Source: Chitinophagales bacterium (GTDB taxonomy: Bacteria; Bacteroidota; Bacteroidia; Chitinophagales; JAHQVX01). From it: a DNA stretch of 64,000 bases. Position 1 is the first letter of the stretch. The number at the start of each line of letters is the position of its first letter. Of the stretch, positions 49,299 to 58,562 are shown piece by piece. The position numbers and the translations under genes are program-made. The notes under the pieces are model-generated. The model searched no databases. It was not told the DNA's origin and saw only the letters and a list, made by a program, of their open reading frames with translations. The stretch covers positions 2,927,487-2,991,486 of the forward strand of contig OZ244113.1 in NCBI GenBank assembly GCA_965215685.1, in the 5' to 3' direction.

Positions 49299-50610
49299 CA
49301 TTCCTGTCCTAAATAATTTTCAATCTTAAAAAATAGGTTCCACAACCCTTATAAACAGGCTTAGATTTCGTTATTTAAAATTTAGAACCCCCTGAAGTGA
49401 TTTTGGTGGCGGTTTTTCGGGCTTTTGAAATGGATTGTTTAGCCATTGTAGTAGATCAATTTTCACAAAGCAGTTGAGCCTGATAAAAGCTATTAGATCG
49501 GACAAATTCCACTTGAATTTTTAAGTATTTGAGCAATAATATGGTTGTCAGAGCCGTCCATATTTGAATCATTACCGCATTTTCACTTGTACCGATAAAG
49601 GTTTTAATGTGCGTTAATTGCTTGATGTCTCTGAAGAATATCTCAATCTGCCATCGCTGCTTATACAACTGCCCTATAGTTTGAGCTGCCCACTTGAAAT
49701 TATTGGTAATCAGTTCTATTACTTGCTCATTTTTTTCGTCCCTCACCGCTACTCTGCGAAGTTTTTCAGGATACTTTTCTTTTGACTGTGCATGAAGTAG
49801 TTCAATCTCCTGGTCTATAAGTATGTGTTGAGCGTGCTTTTGAGGCAGTTCCCGTTCTTTTACTTGCCGATATCGAAGATTGTCTTTATGTCTAATAACG
49901 AAATAAACATCTCTGCTGTCCCAAACCTTGAGCATAGGGAAGTCATTGTAATACCTATCGGCTACAATTACTGATCCGGCTTGCAAGGGAATACTTTTTG
50001 CCCCTTTATTATCACCCACTTTGCCATCGGTAATGTTTACATAAACCGGTAGTTTACTGTCGTAATCGAGCAATGTGTGTAGCTTAATGGCCCCTTTGGT
50101 GGTTCTGAATTTTGCCCAGTCAAATAAGGATAAGCACAAGCTAACTATGGTTGAATCCAACAAATAAACAGGCACTTTTATGCGTAGGTTTATCCGTTTG
50201 CCCTTAATCTGCTGTCCTAATTGTTGAAGTAAGAGAAAATAAAAATCTTTAAACAAGGTGTAATCTCTGTTTTTATTTTGATAGCTGATAGAAGATTTGC
50301 TTGGTGCCCGTTGTATGCCCAAATGATTTAAGTTGCCCGTGGCTGAACGCAAACCGTTAGAAATATCCCGAACAGATAAACTGTGGGCAAAATGGCAAAA
50401 CAGCATAGAAACCAGGTGTGTCCAGCTATCAAATCCTTTGTTATGCTTGTCAGTTTCTTTTTTAACAACTATTTTTTTGAAATTTACTCGATCTATTAGT
50501 GATATAATCTGAGAAAATAATGTGAAATTTGACATGGAGGTTTTGTTTAAAATCAACTCGAAATTATTCGAGAAAACTTAATCTCCATCTTTTTATTTAG
50601 GACGGGATTG
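49299..50610 (-). mobile_element. IS4-family insertion sequence (about 1312 bp)
   Basis: 18-bp IRs CATTCCTGTCCTAAATAA / TTATTTAGGACGGGATTG (16/18). No flanking direct repeat is visible. Confidence 0.8.
49371..50535 (-). pseudogene. IS4-family transposase (DUF4372 + DDE), frameshifted near the C-terminus
   Basis: LLDSTIV, KLHTLLD, VADRYY, YKQRWQIEIFFR. After KYLK the reading frame diverges, and the family-like tail KWNLSDLIAFIRLNCFVKIDLLQWLNNPF...NFK* continues in another frame to a stop at 49371. Confidence 0.8.
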
Positions 50611-50640
50611 GTTTTGTCCGATTTATTGGGGGCTAGACCA

Positions 50641-51264
50641 CCTGTTTTGAGAAAAGTTCTTGGAATGAATTTAGGGTAAAAGGTGAAATTTGGTAAAGCA
50701 CACAATCCTCAGAAGAAATAAAGAAAAATTATTTCAATAACCCTCCTGTTTTGAGAAAAGTTCTTGGAATGAATTTAGGGTAAAAGGTGAAATTTGGTAA
50801 AGCGCATAATCCTCAAAAGAAATAATGAATAATTATTTCAATAATCATCCTGTTTTGAGAAAAGTTCTTGGAATGAATTTAGGGTAAAAGATGAAATTTG
50901 GTAAAGCGCATAATCCTCAAAAGAAATAATGAATAATTATTTCAATAACCCTCATGTTTTGAGAAAAGTTCTTGCAATGAATTTAGGGTAAAAGGTGAAA
51001 TTTGGTAAAGCACACAATCCTCAGAAGAAATAATGAATAATTATTTCAATAACCCTCCTGTTTTGAGAAAAGTTCTTGGAATGAATTTAGGGTAAAAGGT
51101 GAAATTTGGTAAAGCGCATAATCCTCAAAAGAAATAATGAATAATTATTTCAATAACCATCCTGTTTTGAGAAGAATTCTTGGAATGAATTTAGGGTAAA
51201 AGGTGAAATTTGGTAAAGCGCACAATCCTCAAAAGAAATAATGAATAATTATTTCAATAATCAC
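50641..51264. repeat. Tandem array, 6 x 104 bp
   Basis: Units start at 50641, 50745, 50849, 50953, 51057 and 51161, with a few substitutions per unit. No spacers; period not divisible by 3. Confidence 0.95.
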
Positions 51265-51283
51265 TATTATTGACCTCACATTT

Positions 51284-51357
51284 CGGGGTGTAGCTTAGCC
51301 CGGTAAAGCGCACGTCTGGGGGGCGTGAGATCGGAGGTTCAAATCCTCTCACCCCGA
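51284..51357 (+). tRNA. tRNA-Pro(GGG)
   Basis: CGGGGTGTAGCTTAGCCCGGTAAAGCGCACGTCTGGGGGGCGTGAGATCGGAGGTTCAAATCCTCTCACCCCGA; anticodon arm CACGT-CT GGG GG-GCGTG. Confidence 0.94.
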
Positions 51358-51422
51358 CTCCCCATTTCCTGCACTTTTAGCTAAGTTGGTTTACCTGTCC
51401 TACTATGTGTCGGATAAATATT

Positions 51423-51497
51423 GGGATATTAGCTCAGTTGGTTTAGAGTGCTGCCTTGACAGGGCAGAGGTCACTGGTTCGAATCCGGTATATCCCA
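51423..51497 (+). tRNA. tRNA-Val(GAC)
   Basis: GGGATATTAGCTCAGTTGGTTTAGAGTGCTGCCTTGACAGGGCAGAGGTCACTGGTTCGAATCCGGTATATCCCA. Confidence 0.95.
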
Positions 51498-51505
51498 CAT
51501 TGAGA

Positions 51506-52399
51506 AAGACTCCAGTATCAAGAATCAAGACTTTTCAATATCAATAGCAATGGCAATGACAATGGCAATCAAAATCAAAATGAAATCAAAACTCTCTTAC
51601 ACTCTGTGGTTAATACCAATTAGTATTGTGACTTTTCGGGACAGGAATCAAGACTTTTCAACTTCCATTTTTTTCTACATGCTCACAGCACCGGGCGGAG
51701 TTGTCACCTCCGGTCATGCCGGAGACAACTCCGGCCAAACGGCTATGGATTTTTAAAACCGAAAATAAAAACAGCGTAATATGAGATCTTTCCCCCGCCT
51801 TGCGGGATCAGGATGACGCAGTTTTTATTTTTTCGTTCTTCCCAAAGACTAATCACTCTGTAAACTCTAATTAAAACCTGAAATATCTGCGCAAATCAGC
51901 CAGCCCGACTGGTCATTCTGGCGGTCGAAATCTGCGGGAAAGGCTTTGCGCCGTTGCGCCGTGGCGAGAAAAAGAAACTTCAATCATAATAGTGCTAAGG
52001 CACAGGATTTAAGAATTGAGATTTTTAGACTGAAGACTCCAGTATCAAGAATCTGGAATCAAGAATCAAGACTTTTCAATATCAATGGCAATAGCAATGA
52101 CAATGGCAATATCAATGGCAATCAAAATCAAAATGAAAATCAAAACTCTCTTACACTCTGTGGTTAATACCAATTAGTATTGTGACTTTTAGAGACAGGA
52201 ATCAAGACTTCTCAACTTCCATTTTTTTCTACATGTTCACAGCACCGGGCGGAGTTGTCACCTCCGGTCATGCCGGAGACAACTCCGGCCAAACGGCTAT
52301 GGATTTTTAAAACCGAAAATAAAAACAGCGTAATATGAGATCCTTCTCCCGCCGAGCGGGATCGGGATGACGCAGTTCTTATTTTCTTGTCCTGCCCAA
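51506..52399. repeat. Two roughly 340-370-bp direct repeats (51506-51845 and 52033-52399)
   Basis: Near-identical blocks with a variable CAAT(G/A)(G/A/T) hexamer tract, a long bulged hairpin (51697-51732) and a REP-like GAGATC...GGATGAC end. Confidence 0.9.
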
Positions 52400-52638
52400 C
52401 TCATCACTCTGGGTTCCCTGTCCCCCACCGGAGGGGGAAGATTTTCAAGGCTTATCCTGAGCTTGTCGAAGGAGAGCCGTAGTAAAATCAGGAGGAGGAA
52501 AGAAAAGCTTTGCCCCGTAGCGAGAGAAGAAATATACCCTTAAAACTTCATGAAAGATCAAGCTATGAAAAACTTAAATCAAAAACTTTTCTGCCCAAAC
52601 GAGAAAATCTAAACATCATTCCTATATTTACCCCTGAA

Positions 52639-52707
52639 ATGAAAAAAGTAATTAGCATAAATAACTGGTGGTGGTACATTCCAAAATCAAACGGAGTGAC
52701 CCATTAG
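52639..52707 (+). CDS. trpL: trp operon leader peptide
   Basis: MKKVISINNWWWYIPKSNGVTH*, with three tandem TGG codons at 52666-52674, 65 bp before trpE. Confidence 0.85.
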   Translation: MKKVISINNWWWYIPKSNGVTH

Positions 52708-52732
52708 TATTGTGCTGTACTAATAATATTTG

Positions 52733-52761
52733 AAGCCTGTCGCTCCGCGGCGGGCTTTTTT
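52733..52761 (+). terminator. trp attenuator terminator
   Basis: AAGCCTGTCGC / GCGGCGGGCTT stem plus a T-tract. Alternative antiterminator pairing CGGAGTGAC (52692-52700) with GTCGCTCCG (52739-52747). Confidence 0.8.
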
Positions 52762-52772
52762 AATAACAGTGC

Positions 52773-54194
52773 ATGATCACAGATAGTAAACCGAACCAAA
52801 GAACAAAGTACAAAGCCACAAAGCATACTTTGCAGGGCGACCGAATTACACCGGTAGAGGCCTATTACCGCCTTCGTGATTTCGCGCCCGATGCCGTGCT
52901 TTTGGAAAGTTCCGATTACCATAGTCGCGAACACAGTCTCTCATTTTTGTGTATTGACCCGGTAGCGGAAATTGAGATCAAAGACAGCACAGTTACCTAC
53001 GTTAATCGAAACTTGGTGCATCGTCAGCCACTTGCCCCAACCGAAAGCATAGCCGGTGTGCTTCAGCAATGGCTTAATCACTTTGAAATAGAATCGGATG
53101 CGGAAACGTATAAACACATTGGAGTATTCGGATTTACTACCAATTCTGTTATTGAAAATACTTTGTCCGTCGAAATGTCGCGCAAAAGTGCGCTGCCCGT
53201 CTGCAACTACCGCTTCTATCGTTTTATACTCATCTTCGATCATTTTAACTATACCCTCAGGTGTATTGAAAACACAGGTGAAGGTCAATCCTCCCGGTTA
53301 TCGGACTTACTGGCTCGCCTGCGAATTCCCGGAGCACATGAATTTCCGGTTCAGATCTCTCCCGAACGAGAATCGAATATGACGGATGCCGAATTCTTAG
53401 ATATGGTAGCCAGGGGCAAGCAGCACTGCCATCGCGGCGATGTATTTCAAATTGTGTTGAGCCGGGCATACAGCCGCACTTTTACCGGAGATCCTTTTAC
53501 GTTGTACCGCTCGTTACGATCGGTCAATCCTTCTCCATATTTGTTTTACTTCGATTATGGTGCGTACAAATTATTTGGGTCTTCGCCGGAATCTCAGCTC
53601 ATTATTCAGGATGGAACAGCCGAAATTCATCCCATTGCCGGCACCTACAAACGAACCGGAGACGATGATGCCGATATGGCGGCATCCCGAGCCATTGTCA
53701 ACGATACTAAAGAAACAGCCGAGCACATGATGCTGGTAGATCTGGCACGTAACGATCTAAGCACTTTTGCCGATAATGTACAGGTAGAGCGATTAAAAGA
53801 GATCCAGTTTTTCAGCCATGTCATACACATGACATCTAAAGTAACCGGCACCTTAAAGCCGGAAAGCACAGCGTTTAAGGCCCTTTTTAATTCTTTTCCT
53901 GCAGGAACTTTAAGTGGTGCACCTAAGAAGAGAGCATTGGAACTGATCACCGAATATGAAGCGGGACCTCGCAACTTGTATGGCGGAGCGGTTGGAATGA
54001 TGGGCCTTGATGGCAGTGTGAATCACGCCATTATCATAAGGTCATTTTTGACTATAGGCAACGAATTACATTACCAAGCAGGTGCCGGCATCGTCATGGA
54101 TTCCAATCCGCAAAGCGAATTAGACGAAGTGGAAAACAAGGTAGGTGCCCTGGAAAAAGCCATAGAACTAAGCCGTAAATCACTGAAGCTATGA
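52773..54194 (+). CDS. trpE: Anthranilate synthase component I
   Basis: LLESSDY, GDVFQIVLSR, NPSPYLFY, GSSPE, HPIAGT, AEHMMLVDLARND, FPAGTLSGAPKKRA, IIIRS. Confidence 0.96.
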   Translation: MITDSKPNQRTKYKATKHTLQGDRITPVEAYYRLRDFAPDAVLLESSDYHSREHSLSFLCIDPVAEIEIKDSTVTYVNRNLVHRQPLAPTESIAGVLQQWLNHFEIESDAETYKHIGVFGFTTNSVIENTLSVEMSRKSALPVCNYRFYRFILIFDHFNYTLRCIENTGEGQSSRLSDLLARLRIPGAHEFPVQISPERESNMTDAEFLDMVARGKQHCHRGDVFQIVLSRAYSRTFTGDPFTLYRSLRSVNPSPYLFYFDYGAYKLFGSSPESQLIIQDGTAEIHPIAGTYKRTGDDDADMAASRAIVNDTKETAEHMMLVDLARNDLSTFADNVQVERLKEIQFFSHVIHMTSKVTGTLKPESTAFKALFNSFPAGTLSGAPKKRALELITEYEAGPRNLYGGAVGMMGLDGSVNHAIIIRSFLTIGNELHYQAGAGIVMDSNPQSELDEVENKVGALEKAIELSRKSLKL

Positions 54195-54772
54195 AACGTA
54201 TAATGCTCATAGATAATTACGATTCCTTCACGTATAATTTGGTGCAATATATCGGTAAGGATCATCAGGCACAGTGTGATGTCTTTTTCTGCGATGATAA
54301 AAAGGTATTTGACTTCTCGGAATATGACGCCCTTGTAATTTCTCCGGGCCCGGGCTTGCCGTCGGAGTCGGGTTATTTGTTGGAAGTGCTGGCCGACCTG
54401 GAAAAACTGCCCCCAACCCTGGGCGTATGCCTTGGGCTGCAAGCTATTGCCGAAAGCAGGGGCGGAAAACTACGGCAGTTGGACAGTGTCTTTCACGGCG
54501 TAGCGGAAAATGTTGTGCAGCTGGCCGAAGACAAATTGTTTGAAAACGTGCCGCAAACATTTGAAGCCGGAAGATATCATAGTTGGGTAGTAGATGCTCC
54601 CTCATTGGAGGGAACAGATCTGGAGATCATGGCGACGGACGATCATGGTTTTCTTATGGCGGCAAGGCATAAGAACTTACCGGTTTTCGGTGTGCAGTTT
54701 CATCCCGAATCCATACTCACCCCTTCGGGACAAACCATTATTTCAAATTTTATTAAACACTATGCCCGCTAA
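54191..54772 (+). CDS. trpG: Anthranilate synthase component II (glutamine amidotransferase)
   Basis: IDNYDSFTYNL, SPGPGLP, LGVCLGLQ, GRYHSW, GVQFHPESILT. Confidence 0.96.
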   Translation: MKRIMLIDNYDSFTYNLVQYIGKDHQAQCDVFFCDDKKVFDFSEYDALVISPGPGLPSESGYLLEVLADLEKLPPTLGVCLGLQAIAESRGGKLRQLDSVFHGVAENVVQLAEDKLFENVPQTFEAGRYHSWVVDAPSLEGTDLEIMATDDHGFLMAARHKNLPVFGVQFHPESILTPSGQTIISNFIKHYAR

Positions 54773-54775
54773 GCT

Positions 54776-55768
54776 ATGAAGGATCTGCTGCAAAAACTAT
54801 ATCATCATCAAACACTAGAGAGCACCGAGGCCTTTGATCTGCTAAAAGCCATAGCTGATGGCACTTTAAATCCTGAGCAAACGGTATCTGTAATGACGAT
54901 TTTGGTTATGCGCCCGGTGAAAACCGAGGAGTTGCTGGGTTTTCAAAAAGCCTTGTTGGAAATGGCTATTCCTTTCGATACATCGGGCAGGCAAACCATT
55001 GATGTTTGCGGTACGGGCGGCGATGGCAAAAACTCCTTTAATATTTCCACCCTGGCAGCATTTGTTATTGCCGGGGCAGGCTACAAAGTGGTAAAGCATG
55101 GCAACTATGGCGTGTCTTCGCTGTGCGGATCAAGCAATGTATTGGAGCAAATGGGCATCAGTTTTACCAACGATACTAACAAGTTGAACCAATGTCTTAA
55201 CGAGAGCAATATTTGTTTTCTGCACGCCCCCTTATTCCACCCGGCTATGAAAGCAGTGGCCCCTTTACGCCGCGCTTTGGGCATACGAACCTTTTTTAAT
55301 ATGTTGGGTCCGCTGGTTAATCCCGCTGAGCCCAGCCACCAGCTAACCGGTGTGTATGATCTTACACTGGCCCGCCAATACAACGCCATACAAAGTATGC
55401 ATGGCAGGCATTATTCTATTGTGCACAGCTTAGACGGTTTCGATGAGATATCGCTTACATCACCGGTAAAATTTTATAGTGATAAGGGCGAAGGAACCTT
55501 GCATCCGCATGATTTTGGTTTCAAGCCCTGTTCAGAAGAATCTATTTCAGGAGGAAATACATTGGAGGAAGCAGGAAATATTTTCCGAAATGTTTTAACG
55601 GGGAAAGGCAGCAAAGCACAGCAAAATGTGGTATTGGCCAATGCGGCTACAGCCATTAAGTGTATGGAGCCTGAGTGGAATTTACAGGAATGTATGGCAT
55701 GTGCCAGAGAAGCATTGCTTTCAGGAAAGGCCATGAAAAGTTTAGAAAAAATGAGGGCACTTAATTAG
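54776..55768 (+). CDS. trpD: Anthranilate phosphoribosyltransferase
   Basis: DVCGTGGDGKNSFNIST, KHGNYGVSSLCGSS, RTFFNMLGPLVNP, DGFDE. Confidence 0.96.
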   Translation: MKDLLQKLYHHQTLESTEAFDLLKAIADGTLNPEQTVSVMTILVMRPVKTEELLGFQKALLEMAIPFDTSGRQTIDVCGTGGDGKNSFNISTLAAFVIAGAGYKVVKHGNYGVSSLCGSSNVLEQMGISFTNDTNKLNQCLNESNICFLHAPLFHPAMKAVAPLRRALGIRTFFNMLGPLVNPAEPSHQLTGVYDLTLARQYNAIQSMHGRHYSIVHSLDGFDEISLTSPVKFYSDKGEGTLHPHDFGFKPCSEESISGGNTLEEAGNIFRNVLTGKGSKAQQNVVLANAATAIKCMEPEWNLQECMACAREALLSGKAMKSLEKMRALN

Positions 55769-55775
55769 AACTCCA

Positions 55776-56588
55776 ATGAAAGCATTAGAAGATATTATAC
55801 GCTATAAAAAAATTCAGGTAAAGGAGATGAAAGCACGTATTCCGGTTAAAGAACTGGAACAGAGCCAGTACTTTGTACAACCCTGTGTATCCTTAGCTAA
55901 TGCTATACAAAATAAAGCTAAACATGGTATAATAGCCGAGTTTAAGCGCCGTTCTCCATCGCGTGGAGATATCCATGCCAATGCCCGTCCGGCTGAGATC
56001 TGTACAGGCTATATGCAGGCCGGAGCTTCGGCACTATCAATACTTACCGATACACCAAGTTTTGGCGGGAGCAATGTAGATGTGGTTGAAGCGAGAGGGC
56101 GAAATACCGGCCCCATTTTGCGCAAGGAATTTATAATTGACGAATACCAGATAACTGAGGCGAAATCCATAGGTGCAGATGCGGTGTTGCTTATCGCGGC
56201 TATTCTTACGAAAAAAGAAATAGGTACGTTTACCGAAATAGCACAATCACTCGGCTTAGAAGTTTTGTTGGAGATACATGAAGAAAATGAACTGGATAAA
56301 ATAACGGAAAAGGCTGATCTGATTGGCGTAAACAGCCGTTGCCTGAAAACGATGACTACGCTTAGAGACCGCCATGTACAACTCGTTGATCAGCTTCCGA
56401 AGGAAAGTGTAAAAATCGCTGAAAGTGGTATTAGTACTGCCCTGGATGCTTTTCAACGACAACAGATGGGATATGATGGCTTTCTTATCGGAACCGAGTT
56501 TATGAGTAATAATGATCCGGCGAAAGCCTGTGCGCAATTCATTAATGAACTGCAAACTATGAAGGTAAGAGCTTTGAAAAAAATCTAA
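55776..56588 (+). CDS. trpC: Indole-3-glycerol phosphate synthase
   Basis: IIAEFKRRSPSRG, LSILTD...FGGS, LRKEFII..YQI.EA, AESGI, FLIGTEFM. Confidence 0.95.
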   Translation: MKALEDIIRYKKIQVKEMKARIPVKELEQSQYFVQPCVSLANAIQNKAKHGIIAEFKRRSPSRGDIHANARPAEICTGYMQAGASALSILTDTPSFGGSNVDVVEARGRNTGPILRKEFIIDEYQITEAKSIGADAVLLIAAILTKKEIGTFTEIAQSLGLEVLLEIHEENELDKITEKADLIGVNSRCLKTMTTLRDRHVQLVDQLPKESVKIAESGISTALDAFQRQQMGYDGFLIGTEFMSNNDPAKACAQFINELQTMKVRALKKI

Positions 56589-56592
56589 TGCA

Positions 56593-57219
56593 ATGAAATT
56601 GAAAGTCTGCGGCATAGATGTAGAAAAGACAGCCATTGAAGTGGTGTTGACGGCCGATGTGTTGGGTTTTATCTTTTATAAAAACTCACCACGTAATGTG
56701 GCCGAAAGTACTTATTCGGTTATAAAGAGTATGACCGGAGTGCGAAAAGCAGGTGTATTTGTCGATGAAGATTTGGATACCATCAGACAAGTGGCAGGGA
56801 AATGCGAATTAACACATATTCAATTGCATGGCAACGAACTGCCTTCGCAATGTGCAGAACTGAGATACGATTACAAAGTGATAAAGGCCATTTCCGTGGA
56901 TGATTCTCTGGATGTTGACGTGCTGTGGGCTTATGAAGGAAATGTAGATTATTTTCTGTTCGACACAAAAACAGAGCTCAAAGGTGGTAGCGGTAAGCAA
57001 TTCAATTGGAACGTGTTGGATCAGTATGACCTGGACATTCCGTTTTGGTTAAGCGGAGGAATAGGGCCAAAAGATGCGAATGCCGTTTCGGCCTTTAACC
57101 ATAACATGTGTATCGGCGTGGACATCAACAGCCGTTTTGAGATTTCGCCCGGAGAGAAAGATGTAAACGCCATTATTCAGTTTAAAAAAGAACTAATCGC
57201 TTATGAAAACCGGAATTAG
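56593..57219 (+). CDS. trpF: Phosphoribosylanthranilate isomerase
   Basis: KLKVCGI, GFIFY..SPR, IQLHGNE, LFDT...GGSGKQFNW, WLSGGI, VDINSRFEISPG.KD. Confidence 0.94.
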   Translation: MKLKVCGIDVEKTAIEVVLTADVLGFIFYKNSPRNVAESTYSVIKSMTGVRKAGVFVDEDLDTIRQVAGKCELTHIQLHGNELPSQCAELRYDYKVIKAISVDDSLDVDVLWAYEGNVDYFLFDTKTELKGGSGKQFNWNVLDQYDLDIPFWLSGGIGPKDANAVSAFNHNMCIGVDINSRFEISPGEKDVNAIIQFKKELIAYENRN

Positions 57220-58402
57220 AGCAGATGAAAGGGGATTTTTTGGTGAATTTGGTGGGGCATTTATCCCTGAAATGCTGCATGCCAACATCGCTCAATTGCA
57301 GAAAAACTATTTGAAAATCGTTTCGGGAGAAAAATTTCAGCATCGACATAGCGGATTGTTACAAAATTACTGCGGAAGACCGACACCCTTAACGTATGCT
57401 AAAAATCTTTCAGGAGAATTGGGCTATAAACTGTTTTTGAAGCGCGAAGACCTAAACCACACTGGCTCGCATAAGTTGAATAATGCTTTGGGTCAGGCAC
57501 TAATAGCCATGGAATTGGGAAAGAAACGCATAATTGCCGAAACAGGTGCCGGACAGCACGGTGTGGCTACGGCTACGGCCTGTGCCTTGCTGGGCCTGGA
57601 ATGTGTGGTGTATATGGGTAGCAAGGATGTGGCACGGCAAGCACCTAATGTAAAGCGAATGAAGATGCTCGGTGCCGGTGTTGTGCCTGTAACTTCGGGT
57701 TCGCAAACCTTGAAAGATGCCACCAACGAGGCCATTCGTGATTGGATTAACAACCCCCTTGATACGCATTACATTATCGGCTCTACGGTGGGGCCGCATC
57801 CATACCCCGAAATGGTGGCTTACTTGCAATCGGTGATAAGCAAAGAGTTAGCACAACAGATCACGGACTATGGCAAGGAGAACCCTCACGCCATTGTGGC
57901 CTGTGTAGGCGGCGGAAGCAATTCTGCCGGAGCCTTTTATCATTTTATAAAGAATGAAAAATGCCGTCTAATTGCGGTTGAAGCTGCAGGAAAAGGATTG
58001 CGATCGGGACAAACAGCAGCCACGGCTACGTTGGGAAATACAGGCATACTCCATGGTAGTAAAACCCTGTTATTACAGGATGAATACGGACAGATCAATG
58101 AAGCGCACTCCATTTCTGCCGGACTGGACTACCCGGGAATTGGTCCCATGCACGCCCATCTAATTCGCAAAGGCAGGATGGAGGTGCTTTCGGCAACCGA
58201 TGATGAAGCCATACAAGCGGCTGCCTGGATGGCGGAAAGGGAAGGTATTATTCCGGCTTTGGAAACGGCACACGCTATTGCCAAATTGAAGGAGATCAAT
58301 TGCAGGAAAGATGATGTGGTTGTTTTGTGTCTTTCAGGACGGGGAGATAAGGATATGGCAACCTATTCAAAACATTTGTTTAAAACAGACGGCAATGAAT
58401 AG
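57203..58402 (+). CDS. trpB: Tryptophan synthase beta chain
   Basis: LKREDLNHTGSHKLNN, AETGAGQHGVATA, ACVGGGSN, SISAGLDYPGIGP, LSGRGDKD. Confidence 0.98.
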   Translation: MKTGIRADERGFFGEFGGAFIPEMLHANIAQLQKNYLKIVSGEKFQHRHSGLLQNYCGRPTPLTYAKNLSGELGYKLFLKREDLNHTGSHKLNNALGQALIAMELGKKRIIAETGAGQHGVATATACALLGLECVVYMGSKDVARQAPNVKRMKMLGAGVVPVTSGSQTLKDATNEAIRDWINNPLDTHYIIGSTVGPHPYPEMVAYLQSVISKELAQQITDYGKENPHAIVACVGGGSNSAGAFYHFIKNEKCRLIAVEAAGKGLRSGQTAATATLGNTGILHGSKTLLLQDEYGQINEAHSISAGLDYPGIGPMHAHLIRKGRMEVLSATDDEAIQAAAWMAEREGIIPALETAHAIAKLKEINCRKDDVVVLCLSGRGDKDMATYSKHLFKTDGNE

Positions 58403-58562
58403 TGGAAATGGTTATTTGAATTTCCCGTTGCTCGCGCCCGCCAAAATGAAAGAATATATTCTTTCGGGCTGGCAGATTAACGCAGATACTATGAAAAATC
58501 TGCGAACATTAGCGGGATCTGCGGGCATAGTAAATCGGTTATTTCCTTAAACGGTTAGTATA
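58403..58562. repeat. Palindromic REP-like insert between trpB and trpA
   Basis: GCAGATTAACGCAGAT...ATCTGCGAACATTAGCGGGATCTGCGGG, the same family as ATCTGCGCAAAT...ATCTGCGGG near 51885-51940. Confidence 0.55.

Noticed and set aside
50641-51264. 104-bp array as a CRISPR or a coding repeat
   Set aside because: No unique spacers, the period is not a multiple of 3, and no long ORF spans it.
51550-52167. ORFs 51550-51756 and 51946-52167 with MAMTMA or NGN runs
   Set aside because: By-products of the hexamer microsatellite in the duplicated block; the two copies are open in different frames.
51357-52500. Prophage or integrative element attached at tRNA-Pro or tRNA-Val
   Set aside because: No duplicated tRNA 3' end, no integrase and no phage genes in the window.
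52510-52638. Longer 65-aa version of the leader ORF
   Set aside because: The upstream part comes from repeat DNA. Only the 22-aa peptide from ATG 52639 fits attenuator geometry.
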